64,000 nt of DNA. Origin: Candidatus Obscuribacteraceae bacterium (GTDB lineage Bacteria > Cyanobacteriota > Vampirovibrionia > Obscuribacterales > Obscuribacteraceae). The DNA lies in assembly GCA_044229845.1 (NCBI GenBank), contig JBGASG010000009.1, forward strand, positions 32,001 through 96,000. The letters are read 5' to 3'. The notes below the pieces were generated by a model. The model was not told the origin of the DNA and searched no databases. It saw only the letters and a program-made list of their open reading frames with translations. Of the stretch, positions 29,367-39,298 are shown in pieces. Position 1 is the stretch's first letter; each line of letters starts with the position of its first letter. Made by a program: the position numbers and the translations under genes.

Positions 29367-30749
29367 CTAATAGAAGAGTGTTCTCTTGATCATTTTGTTG
29401 TGGACTTCATCGTGGTGCAAAGGTTGATAGATGACATCTACCTGGTTGCGATAAGGGTACAGGGACACTACCGCGAAATGATTGCCCTTCTGACGCCAAT
29501 CAACATCGCAAATAAACTGTCTGGTCAGTGGACCCTCGCAATCCGACGGTTCCGGATGCCGCGGCCAGGCGCGCCACCACTCGACGGGCACAATCGGTTG
29601 ATTCTCTTTGGGGGGGACGACGCCTTGCACCAGCGAGACCGGCGAAGAGATAATTTCTGCACCGCAGATGACACCGGTTTTTCGAGAGCGCATGGTGGTG
29701 ATGCGTCCGAAGTGGACATCGCCTGTCAAAAGAAGAAACTTGCGCCCGGCCTCTTCGAATTTCTCCAGCATCTTCTGGAAGATCCAGAAATCTGAGTAGT
29801 TAGGCAGCTCGCTGTCTCTGATCTGCGCGTTTACGACGTTGGCTTTGCGGCGCAGAAGCGACTGTCCGGTTGCTATGACTGCCATGCGATAAGGATTGGC
29901 AATGGCGCGCTCGGTCCAATCCATCAGCATCTCCCACTGGCGGCGGTCCATGATGTTGCGTTCCAGTCTGGTGCTGCGCGTGTTGATGCAGGCGAACGTA
30001 AAAGGGTCGATGTCTATGAACACCGGGTCGCGAAAGTCTTCCTGGGAGCTGCTCTGGAAGGCTTGATACATGAGTTCGGCGGCGCGTGTCCAGCGCGCGC
30101 GGCTGGCTGCCGTATAGGTATTGTGAATGTGCACTTGGGCGTGAGGGTAGTTGTTCCAGTACTCGTGATCGTCGGGAATCGACAGGGACGGCGCTAACCG
30201 CAGCGCCTTGCCGTATGTGGAGCTGTCGCCGAAGTTGTTCATGTACTGCCTTTCAAACTCTTTGGCCAGCCATGATTCATCATCGAGAAACGCGAAGCGC
30301 ACCGGCACATCCAGATAGACCTGGTCGCCGAGCAAGAGGGTGAGATTCGGCTTGTTCACGCCGGGAAGTTGCGAAACCTTGGTGTCCAAATTTCTGGCCA
30401 CGTCGGTTTGATAATCGTAGCAAGACAGCAGGAGAATATTGAACCTGTCGTTCATCACATGTTTGACACCACTGACGGTGCGCAGCGCCGCTGTGTCTCC
30501 CTTAGCCAACGTTGCCGAGACGGAATACACCCGGCCGTCGTCCAATCCGACGAATTCGAAAATGCCGGTGAAGCACCCGGTCGGGTCCGGCGGATAGGTG
30601 GACTGCATTGATTTTATGACGTGCGGTTTGGCCGGTTCCTGGTCGATAGTCCAGGAGATAGCCGGTTGCGATTTCTGATGAGTGGCGGCTACCCAGCAGC
30701 GAATGCGCCCTGCGCCGGCAATTCTTGGTGCGATGGTGATGTCGCTCAT
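29367..30749 (-). CDS. PhoD-like metallophosphoesterase
   Basis: LSC, LGDQVYLD, DDHEYWNN, NTRS and LTGDVH motifs. Confidence 0.8.
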   Translation of the reverse strand: MSDITIAPRIAGAGRIRCWVAATHQKSQPAISWTIDQEPAKPHVIKSMQSTYPPDPTGCFTGIFEFVGLDDGRVYSVSATLAKGDTAALRTVSGVKHVMNDRFNILLLSCYDYQTDVARNLDTKVSQLPGVNKPNLTLLLGDQVYLDVPVRFAFLDDESWLAKEFERQYMNNFGDSSTYGKALRLAPSLSIPDDHEYWNNYPHAQVHIHNTYTAASRARWTRAAELMYQAFQSSSQEDFRDPVFIDIDPFTFACINTRSTRLERNIMDRRQWEMLMDWTERAIANPYRMAVIATGQSLLRRKANVVNAQIRDSELPNYSDFWIFQKMLEKFEEAGRKFLLLTGDVHFGRITTMRSRKTGVICGAEIISSPVSLVQGVVPPKENQPIVPVEWWRAWPRHPEPSDCEGPLTRQFICDVDWRQKGNHFAVVSLYPYRNQVDVIYQPLHHDEVHNKMIKRTLFY

Positions 30750-30902
30750 AGCCGCATCTGATCAGACTGAGGGTGCCTTGCAGGCTTTCAAGTGCGTACT
30801 TGAACTGGCCGGTGCCGTCTGCTCCAGAATCATACACGCTGCAGTCGCCGCTTGATAACCGCGCCGGCATGCGTGCTAAACTGCCGGTGGAGGTGCACAG
30901 AC

Positions 30903-31724
30903 ATGCCGGATGAGCGCGCCGAGCTGGACCTGGAAGCTCAGCAAATTTTGCGTCAGTGCAATACGATTCTGGACAACGATCACTTCGTGTACATCTCAGG
31001 TGATCACGGTGCGGGTTGGATCTCCAAAGATGCGCTTATTCCTTATACAGATAAGGTGGCACGTCTGGCGCAGTTACTGTCCCAGGCTGTTCGGTCCTCA
31101 ATGCCCGAAGCTGCTGCTGAAATCGTTTGCGGTCCGGCGATGGGCGGATTGATTATGTCGCAATGGGTCGGCCACTTTCTCAATTTACCGGCTGTCTTTG
31201 CCGAGCATGAGGAACCGGGCGGAGCCAGTCTGGGAGTCCGTCCACCATTTGTGCTCAGGCGTGGTTTTGAAAAACTGGTGAGAGGCAAAAGAGTTTTGAT
31301 CGTCGACGACATTGTCAACACGGGCCATTCGATTCGGCAGACTGCTCAAGCCGTCAAGTCCGCCGGTGGCGAAGTGGTGGCAGCCGCCGCTTACTGCTCG
31401 CGAGGAAACTGTGATGCCAAAGCCATGGGTGTGCCGCGCTTTATCTATCTGGTAGAGTTCGAGATACCCTTTTGGAGCGCCGACTCATGTCGCCTCTGCC
31501 AAGAAAATGTGCCGATCAACACCCAATTTGCACACGGGTTGGAGTTTTTGTCGGTGCCGCCATCAGTCCATGCATCTGTTGATACTGAACGGTCTGCTTC
31601 ATTCCGTCGATGGCCAGGACGGTGGCCGATTGCGCCCACGCCAGTGGCTCGTTGGCATCCGAGACCCAGCGTCCAGTCTGGGGATCGACGATATAAGCTT
31701 CGGGTATTTTCCAGCGCTCGTTGA
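30903..31724 (+). CDS. pyrE: Orotate phosphoribosyltransferase-like type I PRTase; 3' end overlaps the convergent gene
   Basis: GGAGG RBS; HFVYISG.H, CGPAMGG, F.LRRGF and VLIVDDIVNTG PRPP-binding motif. Confidence 0.7.
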   Translation: MPDERAELDLEAQQILRQCNTILDNDHFVYISGDHGAGWISKDALIPYTDKVARLAQLLSQAVRSSMPEAAAEIVCGPAMGGLIMSQWVGHFLNLPAVFAEHEEPGGASLGVRPPFVLRRGFEKLVRGKRVLIVDDIVNTGHSIRQTAQAVKSAGGEVVAAAAYCSRGNCDAKAMGVPRFIYLVEFEIPFWSADSCRLCQENVPINTQFAHGLEFLSVPPSVHASVDTERSASFRRWPGRWPIAPTPVARWHPRPSVQSGDRRYKLRVFSSAR

Positions 31725-34251
31725 CGGTGCCCAGCGATCGGTTGAAGTGCTCGGTCTGCCGCTGCAAGTATTCGGGATTGCCGGTGCGCCGATACATCTC
31801 TCCGAAGATCACGGAAATCATCGGCGACACGTGTGACCACTGCGCCTCCTGACGAGGTCCGAGATCGGTGCGATTGACGCGTCCGTCCCAGACATCTTTT
31901 GGATAACGAGCAATTCCGATCGGTCCCATCAGATCGCGCTCGATGGTGTTGATGATTTGCACCGTCATGGCATCGCTCACCAGCGGTTTGCCGGAGACGG
32001 CGCCCAAGAAAAGTGCATTGACGAGAGCGGCGTCTGTGTGTCGAGTCTCACCGCCTTCGCCTCGGATGAATTCGTTTGGAAGCACTTCGTTGAGTTTTGC
32101 CTCTGCTTTGGCGAGCGTCTCGGCGACGTCGGCTTCGGTGACTTTGTAGGTGTTGCCGTCGTTTGCCTTGTATTCGACCGGACCATGTTCTTGAAGAAAC
32201 TGTCGTTGCTCGCGCAGCGCGGCGACGACTGTGCCGAGCGAGGAGGCGTGTTCTCCTCGACGGTCTTCCCAGGCTCCCAGATCCCAGTCTTCCCACGCAT
32301 GGATCTTTTTGAAGTACGTAGGCAGCAGAGCTGCATATGCTTCTGCATAAGGTTGAATGGCTGGATCATTCCATTTCAATTCGCCCTTATTGAGCTGATG
32401 GAAAAGCATGAAGTCAACGAATGCCAGCGAATCATTTTGCGCATGTCCCCACGGATCGCCGACTTCGGCCAGCGAAATCGGGTTGTATCTAATGTTTGGT
32501 CGTTTGCCCAGCTCCAGTCCGGTCACCTTGTCGTTGATGATGTCGGTGAAACGGAACTGATTGAGGAAATGGTGCTTCAGCGAAGCAGTCAAACCGGCTT
32601 TGGCTGCATCCGGCGAAATTTCCAGGGACTTGCCTAGCACCGGATCATTTTTTGCGGCCCGTTCTGCCAGAGCCTGGAAAATGTTGTCGCGGTCCCATTG
32701 GAAAATCAACAGACCGTCCACCGCTGATTGCAACGTCGGCTTGCTGTCGACCGTGACTGCCGAATGTCCGCCGCTGTCGTAGCGCACCAGGCGCAAAGTC
32801 TTGTTGCCGGCCAGTGTTCGTGTAATGTTGTCGAGGCTGATTTCATCGTGTGCGGCCTTGTAATAAGGGCGCATGTCCTGATTTTGATATGCCGCGGTGC
32901 CATCGGCGCCGACGTATTGCACGGGCGGACGATACTCTCCGCCGGTGGCAACGAAGTGTTGCCATTCATTGCTCCAGACATCGCCGTAGGTCAGATCGCC
33001 GGCTAGCTTTTGGGCGGGCAGGTCGCGCATAGCCGCTGCTGCATCGAAAGTTTCAAGTGCGCTTGTGCTGCCTGTTTCTCTCGACATTATATGATTGGCT
33101 TGCCGCACGCCAAGTTCTTGAGCCAGGCGCACGTTGTCGAAGACCTCGCGTGCTTCCGCAGTTTTGCCTTGCCTCAAAAGATCCGCCGCCAGTGAGTATT
33201 GCCCTTCTGCTGCGGTACCGGGCTTGCTCTGTGAATGTTGATAGAGCATGAGACCCAGATTTTCCTTAGGCATCGTTGCAGATATTTCTATGCGGCCGCT
33301 GCCCGGGACATATTGTGGAAGTTCTGCGCCAGGCTGAATGCGCACCCACGGATTCTGTTCGATCATCTTGCGGACATAAGGCGTGATCAATTCAGGATGT
33401 TCTTTTGCATAACTGGAGCGCAAGAACTGGTCGCCGTACATTCCTCTTCCGAGAGCGATATTGTTCTCGTTGACGACTCTCTCTAAACCGCGTTGAGTGC
33501 CGGGCAACACCAGATTGAGTGCGCCGCCTTGCATGGCGACTTGCCCGAGCATCTCAGTGTTGACCGAGCCTTTCGATATCAGTTCGGACGTGACAAATTG
33601 CGATGAAGCTCCGACTGCACCGATCGTCAGCATGCCCAGCCCTTTAGCCGGGATGCCCGGCAATCTCTTGATCAGAGGATTCATAGTTTCGAATACGGTG
33701 AATCCGGCTACACCACCCATGGCATTGCCGAAGCGCGTCTGCCCGGCGTCCGGTACGCGGAAAAAGTCGTATGTACCGGCACCGAGAATCATGGCTGTCT
33801 TCTGGCTCTTGAGCACGCTGGCCAGAGCACCTTCGGCGGCAAGCTTGCTGCCGGTGGCACGCAACAGCGATCCGGCGAATTTGCCCGATATCGCATACGG
33901 TACTATGCTGCCGAGACCGCCGAAAAATCCTTGCGTCAGTCCGGTACCGCTGGTTGGAGATGCCATCGGTACAGCCAGCTTGTCCGGCTCAGGAAGGATC
34001 TCGACTGTTGCCACCGTTTTGGTGACGGCATTTACTGAATGAGTGATCGCTCTCAGTGGATCGATCAGACCGGCGTTGATAGCCGGATTCAGCATGTTGT
34101 CTTGCGCCCAGTCGGCCACGCCGGGTTTTCTTTTCGGCACCGCCGGCACGTTGGCATACACGGATGCAGCTAACTCTTCCGGAGAAGAGTGCACGAAACC
34201 AGCTTCCGGCCCCCGCTGCTGCAGGCCGAAAAACGCGTTTTCGGATGACAT
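31516..34251 (-). CDS. Large protein: Gly/Ala-rich hydrophobic N-terminal region plus C-terminal GH15/phosphorylase-kinase-like (alpha/alpha)6 domain
   Basis: C-terminal WGHAQNDSL, DLGAWED, HASSLG, GIARYPKD, EAQW, PEAY and PLAWAQS motifs. Confidence 0.7.
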   Translation of the reverse strand: MSSENAFFGLQQRGPEAGFVHSSPEELAASVYANVPAVPKRKPGVADWAQDNMLNPAINAGLIDPLRAITHSVNAVTKTVATVEILPEPDKLAVPMASPTSGTGLTQGFFGGLGSIVPYAISGKFAGSLLRATGSKLAAEGALASVLKSQKTAMILGAGTYDFFRVPDAGQTRFGNAMGGVAGFTVFETMNPLIKRLPGIPAKGLGMLTIGAVGASSQFVTSELISKGSVNTEMLGQVAMQGGALNLVLPGTQRGLERVVNENNIALGRGMYGDQFLRSSYAKEHPELITPYVRKMIEQNPWVRIQPGAELPQYVPGSGRIEISATMPKENLGLMLYQHSQSKPGTAAEGQYSLAADLLRQGKTAEAREVFDNVRLAQELGVRQANHIMSRETGSTSALETFDAAAAMRDLPAQKLAGDLTYGDVWSNEWQHFVATGGEYRPPVQYVGADGTAAYQNQDMRPYYKAAHDEISLDNITRTLAGNKTLRLVRYDSGGHSAVTVDSKPTLQSAVDGLLIFQWDRDNIFQALAERAAKNDPVLGKSLEISPDAAKAGLTASLKHHFLNQFRFTDIINDKVTGLELGKRPNIRYNPISLAEVGDPWGHAQNDSLAFVDFMLFHQLNKGELKWNDPAIQPYAEAYAALLPTYFKKIHAWEDWDLGAWEDRRGEHASSLGTVVAALREQRQFLQEHGPVEYKANDGNTYKVTEADVAETLAKAEAKLNEVLPNEFIRGEGGETRHTDAALVNALFLGAVSGKPLVSDAMTVQIINTIERDLMGPIGIARYPKDVWDGRVNRTDLGPRQEAQWSHVSPMISVIFGEMYRRTGNPEYLQRQTEHFNRSLGTVNERWKIPEAYIVDPQTGRWVSDANEPLAWAQSATVLAIDGMKQTVQYQQMHGLMAAPTKTPTRVQIGC

Positions 34252-34474
34252 ATTTGTGAGTACCGCCTAACCCCTGACAAGATAGTATGATTTCGCTCTA
34301 AAAAAGCCATGGTGGTTTCCCCACTGAAAGCGGCACTTTCTGAAATGCATCAAATTGTGAAAGCCCGCTCATATTGGGCGTTTCAGACTTTGATTATGAG
34401 CGCCGTCTCATGTTGTCGGCGGCATCGAATGTGGTGTCACGTTCGATCTTTAATGGGGTGGGCGGCCAGAGAGC

Positions 34475-35413
34475 TCAGAGCAAATCGCCGTGCGGATCTT
34501 TCTTGATCACATAGCTCGATGTGAATCTGAGGTTCTGCTCGATGGGAAGTATTTGTCCGACCGTGGTCTGGATGGTGGCGCAGATATTGTCCAGCGGCAG
34601 ATCATCACCATCGTAGCCGAATGGATCTTCGATGTCTTCGGCGATCAGCTCGATGCCGATCAGGAAATATGCGCTGATCAAAATCACGGGCAGATACCAG
34701 AGCAGCGGAAAATCCGGTGCCATGTACCAGGGCATGGCGAGCAGGGTGAGAGCGATACCCTGGCGCATGAAGGCACGGTACGAAATGGCGATCGGGCTGT
34801 TTTTAATACGCTCGCAACTGCCGCAAATGTCCATCAAAGCGCGGGCGTGCGGATCGAGTTGCCAGAGCATCATGCCGTCGATGGCGTGTTTACGATGCCA
34901 CTGCAAAATGCGCTGGTAGAGAACGCCGGCTATGTAGAGCGGCAGGTGCTTACCTTCTACTTCTGAATCTTTCTGGTCGATGCCCGGCAGTGGCTCGGTG
35001 GGAGTGGTGCCGCGCAGATGGTGCTTGAGCGCGAAGGCAAACGAGATCAAAAGTTGCGCCACCAGTATTCTGTCTGCTTGAGAGATCGTGTCGATAGCGC
35101 TGACTTTGAGACTGAGGTTGCGCGAGTCATTGACCAGTTGTCCCCACAACTTGCGCCCTTCCCACCATCGTTCGTAAGCCGAGTTGGTGCGAAACACAAG
35201 CAGCAAGCCGAGGATAATCCCAACTGCGGACAGACTCTGTAAGTCTCGGAAGGAGGGGAAGTGATAGACGTCGGTTATGATGTCCGCGCCAACGGAATAC
35301 ACAGCGATTAGGAAGATGTAAATCCATACGCGCTTAAATACTGGAACTCTGTGCACCAGAACTATGGGACGCAGCCACTTGCGCAGTGCAGGGTCGCCGA
35401 CCTTCTTTGACAA
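34475..35413 (-). CDS. Bacterial bestrophin (YneE/UPF0187) channel
   Basis: LLVFRTNSAYERWWEGRKLWG, CERI and IEDPFG...DDLPL motifs. Confidence 0.92.
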   Translation of the reverse strand: MSKKVGDPALRKWLRPIVLVHRVPVFKRVWIYIFLIAVYSVGADIITDVYHFPSFRDLQSLSAVGIILGLLLVFRTNSAYERWWEGRKLWGQLVNDSRNLSLKVSAIDTISQADRILVAQLLISFAFALKHHLRGTTPTEPLPGIDQKDSEVEGKHLPLYIAGVLYQRILQWHRKHAIDGMMLWQLDPHARALMDICGSCERIKNSPIAISYRAFMRQGIALTLLAMPWYMAPDFPLLWYLPVILISAYFLIGIELIAEDIEDPFGYDGDDLPLDNICATIQTTVGQILPIEQNLRFTSSYVIKKDPHGDLL

Positions 35414-35464
35414 AACAAGTCTCCCGTCTTCGGATCCGAGTGAATATCTGACTTTCTTCCTCGA

Positions 35465-35941
35465 TTATGCCCGCCCGAAGCAATTCATTAAGATGCGACC
35501 GAATAAATTTGTCCCGACGAAGAATCTTCCCGACTCCGGCAGAATGCAGCAAAGTATGTGAAACCGTCGGGGACTGCCGTCAAAGTGGCGGTGCAGACGA
35601 AAAGCCAACAACTCAAGACGGGCGTTGTCAGACAGATGATGACCGTGGACTATCAGCCACGTGCCGAACTGAAAGCCATCCAGCGCCGGATTCTCGACGA
35701 TCAGCGGTGCTGCGTTCTGGGTGTAATGGGCAAATTGCAGATTGAATGTGCTGCCCAGGCTGGACGACAGATGGGGATAGCAACGGGACACGGTGTGGCA
35801 GCGTTTCGTCCAGAGTGAACCGGCTGCTACAGCCAGCGCCTCCTTGGAGAATCCGGGCGGCGGCCCTGAGAGCTTGAGCAGAGCTTGCAGGAGTTGCTCC
35901 TGTTCTGCTTCCATCGCATCTCTGATGTCTTTTGTCACCAT
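35465..35941 (-). CDS. Putative DUF692 partner protein
   Basis: Q..LL.AL....PP.GF.......L..KR...V....P.L...LG..F...F..Y pattern; overlaps the DUF692 stop. Confidence 0.7.
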   Translation of the reverse strand: MVTKDIRDAMEAEQEQLLQALLKLSGPPPGFSKEALAVAAGSLWTKRCHTVSRCYPHLSSSLGSTFNLQFAHYTQNAAPLIVENPALDGFQFGTWLIVHGHHLSDNARLELLAFRLHRHFDGSPRRFHILCCILPESGRFFVGTNLFGRILMNCFGRA

Positions 35942-36750
35942 ATCGCTGGTGCCCTCAAAGCCTGCCCAATCAAGTCGAGCTCGCTGCGCACCGATGCTAT
36001 CGACTGATAATTATCATCCTGCTCAAGGAGCACTGCCGGCAAGGTGATTCTTTGCGCCAGGTCGGATAGCACGGACAGCGGTCCTTGCTGCAATGGGTGC
36101 GCGTGCGTGTCGTGCTGGAACTTCCCGATTATGCAGCCCCCGGCAATGTGCACATACGCAATGGCAGAAAGAGGTATGGTGTCCAGATAATCAGTGTACG
36201 ACCAGCCGAGGTTGATATGGTTGGTGTACAGATTGGAGACATCCAGCAGAAGTCCGATGCTGGTTTCTTCAATGATTGTTTTGATAAACTGCGGTTCCGA
36301 GATCTCATGGTCCGGCCAGTCGAAAAAGGTGGCGATATTTTCCAGGCAGAGCGGCACCGGCAGGCGCTCCTGTGCATACCGGATGTTCTCGATCACCACC
36401 TCGAGGGTCTGCTGAGTGCGCTTGAAAGGCAGAAGATGCCCCGACTCCAGTCCCGCTGCTCGTGTGAATGCGAAGTGTTCGCTGACATAAGGTGCTTGCA
36501 ATTTCTCAGCAAGAGCGCCGAGGCGGTGGAGCTTTATGTCGTCGGGCTGGCGGGCGCCTCCTAAAGACAGTGACACCGCATGTGGAATCACCGGCACGCC
36601 GCTGTCGCGCAGATTCAGCAGAGCCGCGGGCAAGTGCCGGTGTTCCCAGAAATTCTCCGCCAGCACTTCGCTGATTGCGATCTCGTTTTCGCCTTGAGCA
36701 ATGAAGTGACTTAGTTCTGCGCGCCACGCAACTCCAACTTGAGTGTTCAT
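35935..36750 (-). CDS. DUF692 family multinuclear non-heme iron oxidase (MNIO)
   Basis: EVLAENF, HAVSLSLG, SEH, LENI, LLLDVSNLY, YVHIAGG, DTH and LLEQD motifs; ATG at 36750. Confidence 0.92.
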   Translation of the reverse strand: MNTQVGVAWRAELSHFIAQGENEIAISEVLAENFWEHRHLPAALLNLRDSGVPVIPHAVSLSLGGARQPDDIKLHRLGALAEKLQAPYVSEHFAFTRAAGLESGHLLPFKRTQQTLEVVIENIRYAQERLPVPLCLENIATFFDWPDHEISEPQFIKTIIEETSIGLLLDVSNLYTNHINLGWSYTDYLDTIPLSAIAYVHIAGGCIIGKFQHDTHAHPLQQGPLSVLSDLAQRITLPAVLLEQDDNYQSIASVRSELDLIGQALRAPAIW

Positions 36751-36751
36751 A

Positions 36752-37645
36752 TCAGCTGCCTCCGCAGCCGCCGCAACCGCCACCGCATCCGCCACCACCG
36801 CAGCTGCCGCCGCCGCAACTGCCGCTTCCGCAACTGCCGCCTGACGAGGGTGGCGCGGTGGCTTTGCGCAAGTCATACAGCGGGCCCAAGCCGAAGGCGG
36901 TCGTTGAGAAAAGCGCTACTGCCAGGGCTGCCTGGTGGTTGGTGAGCAAATGCGAGTCGGCGGAAGCTGTATCAAGCAGCGCCGCTTCCTGTCTCTTTGT
37001 TCGGTTGAGGACGTCATCACCGCCGGCGGTGCGCAGCGGCTTGCGCAGCAAAAACAGAGCCGCCATGGTAGAAACAGCGATCATGCCCATGATCAAGAAT
37101 CCGACGGGCTTATGATGCTCGGTTCCAATCACCAATTTGGGAATGGACAGGATCACCGGCAGAGCAGCAATTGTTGCCGTGGCTAGGGCGATTTCAGCGG
37201 CTCTGCGTTCGGTGAATATCAAGTCGTGCTGTTCGAGCCGTTTGCGAATCAATTGCAGGGCAGCCAAGTGCCGTTCCTTGAGTCGACTCATCACAGAAGG
37301 TAAGTTATCTTCAGCCATGGACGGAATCGCGTTGAGAACGTCTCTGATTAGAGGCTCTCTCTCTGCTGTTTGCCCGGAGCGCACCTTGACGTACCTGCCG
37401 CCGGCGACGGTATCTATTCTGATCGCCTCCGACTGGATCAAGCTAGCTAGTGCCGCCAGCAGAGCAGTCTCGGTTCCACCCGACAGATAAGCCATTTCGT
37501 AGGGGCCCAACTTGGGCGGCGGTTGGGTACTCTTTATTGCTTCGATGTGGATGGTTCGATAGACGAACGCGCCGGCAATGGACAGAGCGCTGGCAATACC
37601 GTACAGACCAAGAAAACTCGGTCCGGTCAAATCATAGGGGGTCAT
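36752..37645 (-). CDS. TIGR04222-type membrane protein with Gly/Cys-rich C-terminal tail
   Basis: PYDLTGPSFL.LY, YEMAYL.GG, KPVGFL and RT..G motifs; tail GSCGSGSCGGGSCGGGGCGGGCGGCGGS. Confidence 0.85.
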   Translation of the reverse strand: MTPYDLTGPSFLGLYGIASALSIAGAFVYRTIHIEAIKSTQPPPKLGPYEMAYLSGGTETALLAALASLIQSEAIRIDTVAGGRYVKVRSGQTAEREPLIRDVLNAIPSMAEDNLPSVMSRLKERHLAALQLIRKRLEQHDLIFTERRAAEIALATATIAALPVILSIPKLVIGTEHHKPVGFLIMGMIAVSTMAALFLLRKPLRTAGGDDVLNRTKRQEAALLDTASADSHLLTNHQAALAVALFSTTAFGLGPLYDLRKATAPPSSGGSCGSGSCGGGSCGGGGCGGGCGGCGGS

Positions 37646-37766
37646 CTTTCACCTCAGCGACACCGTCGCTGCTTCACTGCATTTCTTTTACGCTTCTATT
37701 GTCCGGCTCAGGTGGTTAAGAAGTTGCCAAGAGATCGTGAAGATTGGATGAAACCCGACTGCTCAG

Positions 37767-38561
37767 TCAGTCGTGGTATTCCATCTCCAGCTCTTGCATG
37801 ACCTTGAGGTCGTAGAAGAATGGACGCGAGGTGATGCGCATGTATCCCTTATAGGGATTGTTGAACAGCGCCACCAGAAGCAGGTTCAGTGACAGAGCCA
37901 GAGTGACCAGAGCGGTCATGAAGACCTGCGCCTTGGCATCTTCGACTTCGAACAAGTAAGTGAATAGAACGGTCAATGCGCCGCCGGCGATCAAGACTCC
38001 CCACATAACCGAGGGCAATCCTTGTTGGCTGACAATCAAGCGATACCGGCGCCCGTCAGCGAAGTCGTCCATTTCATCCAGAAGGTTTTGATAGGCATTC
38101 TGTTCGCGGCCGGTTTGTGGTTCGTACTGGGTGAGTGTCCACCAGATATCGCGAAACGGTCTCTTAGCGTTTTCATTGAATGCACCGGTTTTTAAAATCG
38201 ACGGCCATTCATCGTCGATCACCGTTCGCATGTAGGAGCGCAGCTGAGTATGGAGTCTTGTCCTCACGTCTCTTGGGGCTGTATAGGCCAGATGAAAGAG
38301 ATCGAGCGCGCTGTCTGCTTCCCTTTGCGTCATCGCTCTGGCTTCCTGATATTTTGACTGGGTGTCGACGACCACCAGTCCCAGCAGGACTGAGTAAAGA
38401 GTGCCGACGATGGAGAGCATGTAACCGGCTACTTCGTGGTGGCGTTTTAGCCGGCCGTCCTTCGAGAAGCGCCGAGCCAGCCAGACTCCGAGCGCGGAAA
38501 ATCCGACGGCTCCGCCGACAATACTTGCTCCGAAAATCCAGATGTCTATGTTGTTGTCCAT
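37767..38561 (-). CDS. DUF4239-like membrane protein
   Basis: VGTLYSVLLGLVVV, DEWP and NPYKG motifs; paralog of 12893-13690. Confidence 0.8.
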   Translation of the reverse strand: MDNNIDIWIFGASIVGGAVGFSALGVWLARRFSKDGRLKRHHEVAGYMLSIVGTLYSVLLGLVVVDTQSKYQEARAMTQREADSALDLFHLAYTAPRDVRTRLHTQLRSYMRTVIDDEWPSILKTGAFNENAKRPFRDIWWTLTQYEPQTGREQNAYQNLLDEMDDFADGRRYRLIVSQQGLPSVMWGVLIAGGALTVLFTYLFEVEDAKAQVFMTALVTLALSLNLLLVALFNNPYKGYMRITSRPFFYDLKVMQELEMEYHD

Positions 38562-39298
38562 TAATTCGTGTTGCCCGCATCAATGCTGTCGATCATCTTT
38601 TTGAAGACGGGCTGAAACTCTCGAGCCCAGCGATCCCAGGACGTAAACGCGATGCAGTACGCCTTTTTCTTGGTGACGAAGAGAACGATGTCCTGTTGGC
38701 ACCGGATTGACTGCGCCTTAGGTGGATTGATGTTGCCTTTGATGACCAGTTTCACACCCTTGAACGCTTTGAGTTGAATAGGTGAGCGCGACACCAGTTC
38801 AAAGTTGGTGAGGACTTTCTGAGTGGTTGCCACCACCGAATCAGCGCATACGTCGGCAGTGGTTGTTGGCGGCACAGGCTCGGTTGTAATCAGCGCATTG
38901 ACGGCACCGTTCAAAGTTCTGATGTCGAGGATTTTTCCCGCTGTCGTCACCGGCAGTGGTATCTTCTGCCAGGCGCTCGGATAGTTCATCGAGAAGTCTG
39001 CGTTGGAGAAGGTTGCATCAGTGACCGCGGTCGCAGCAACCTTATTGGCGGTGCCATCGAATTTTTGCGCGGCGACAGGTCCTGTCGGGTTGGCGGCACC
39101 CCCGCCTGTGGCGGTTGTGGTCGTGGGGGACGAATGTTGGCTGGCGTCGAGGAGCTCTTTACCGCCTTGCATGGTCATGCAGACGCCTTGCCATACACAA
39201 ACCAGCCCGATGATCAGAGCGAACACGACAAAACCCGCGCTGGACTTTGGCGGTTCGGAGTTGGGCTTGTTTTGCTGGTTCGGATTCGGATTTTGCAC
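38561..39298 (-). CDS. Membrane-anchored PsbP/DcrB-like protein
   Basis: N-terminal TM segment; FSMNYPSAW and GAVNALI motifs. Confidence 0.65.
   Translation of the reverse strand: MQNPNPNQQNKPNSEPPKSSAGFVVFALIIGLVCVWQGVCMTMQGGKELLDASQHSSPTTTTATGGGAANPTGPVAAQKFDGTANKVAATAVTDATFSNADFSMNYPSAWQKIPLPVTTAGKILDIRTLNGAVNALITTEPVPPTTTADVCADSVVATTQKVLTNFELVSRSPIQLKAFKGVKLVIKGNINPPKAQSIRCQQDIVLFVTKKKAYCIAFTSWDRWAREFQPVFKKMIDSIDAGNTN

Noticed and set aside
36751..36876. Poly-Ala N-terminal extension of the DUF692 ORF
   Set aside because: It is an alternative reading frame of the upstream gene's Gly/Cys tail; the real start is ATG 36750.
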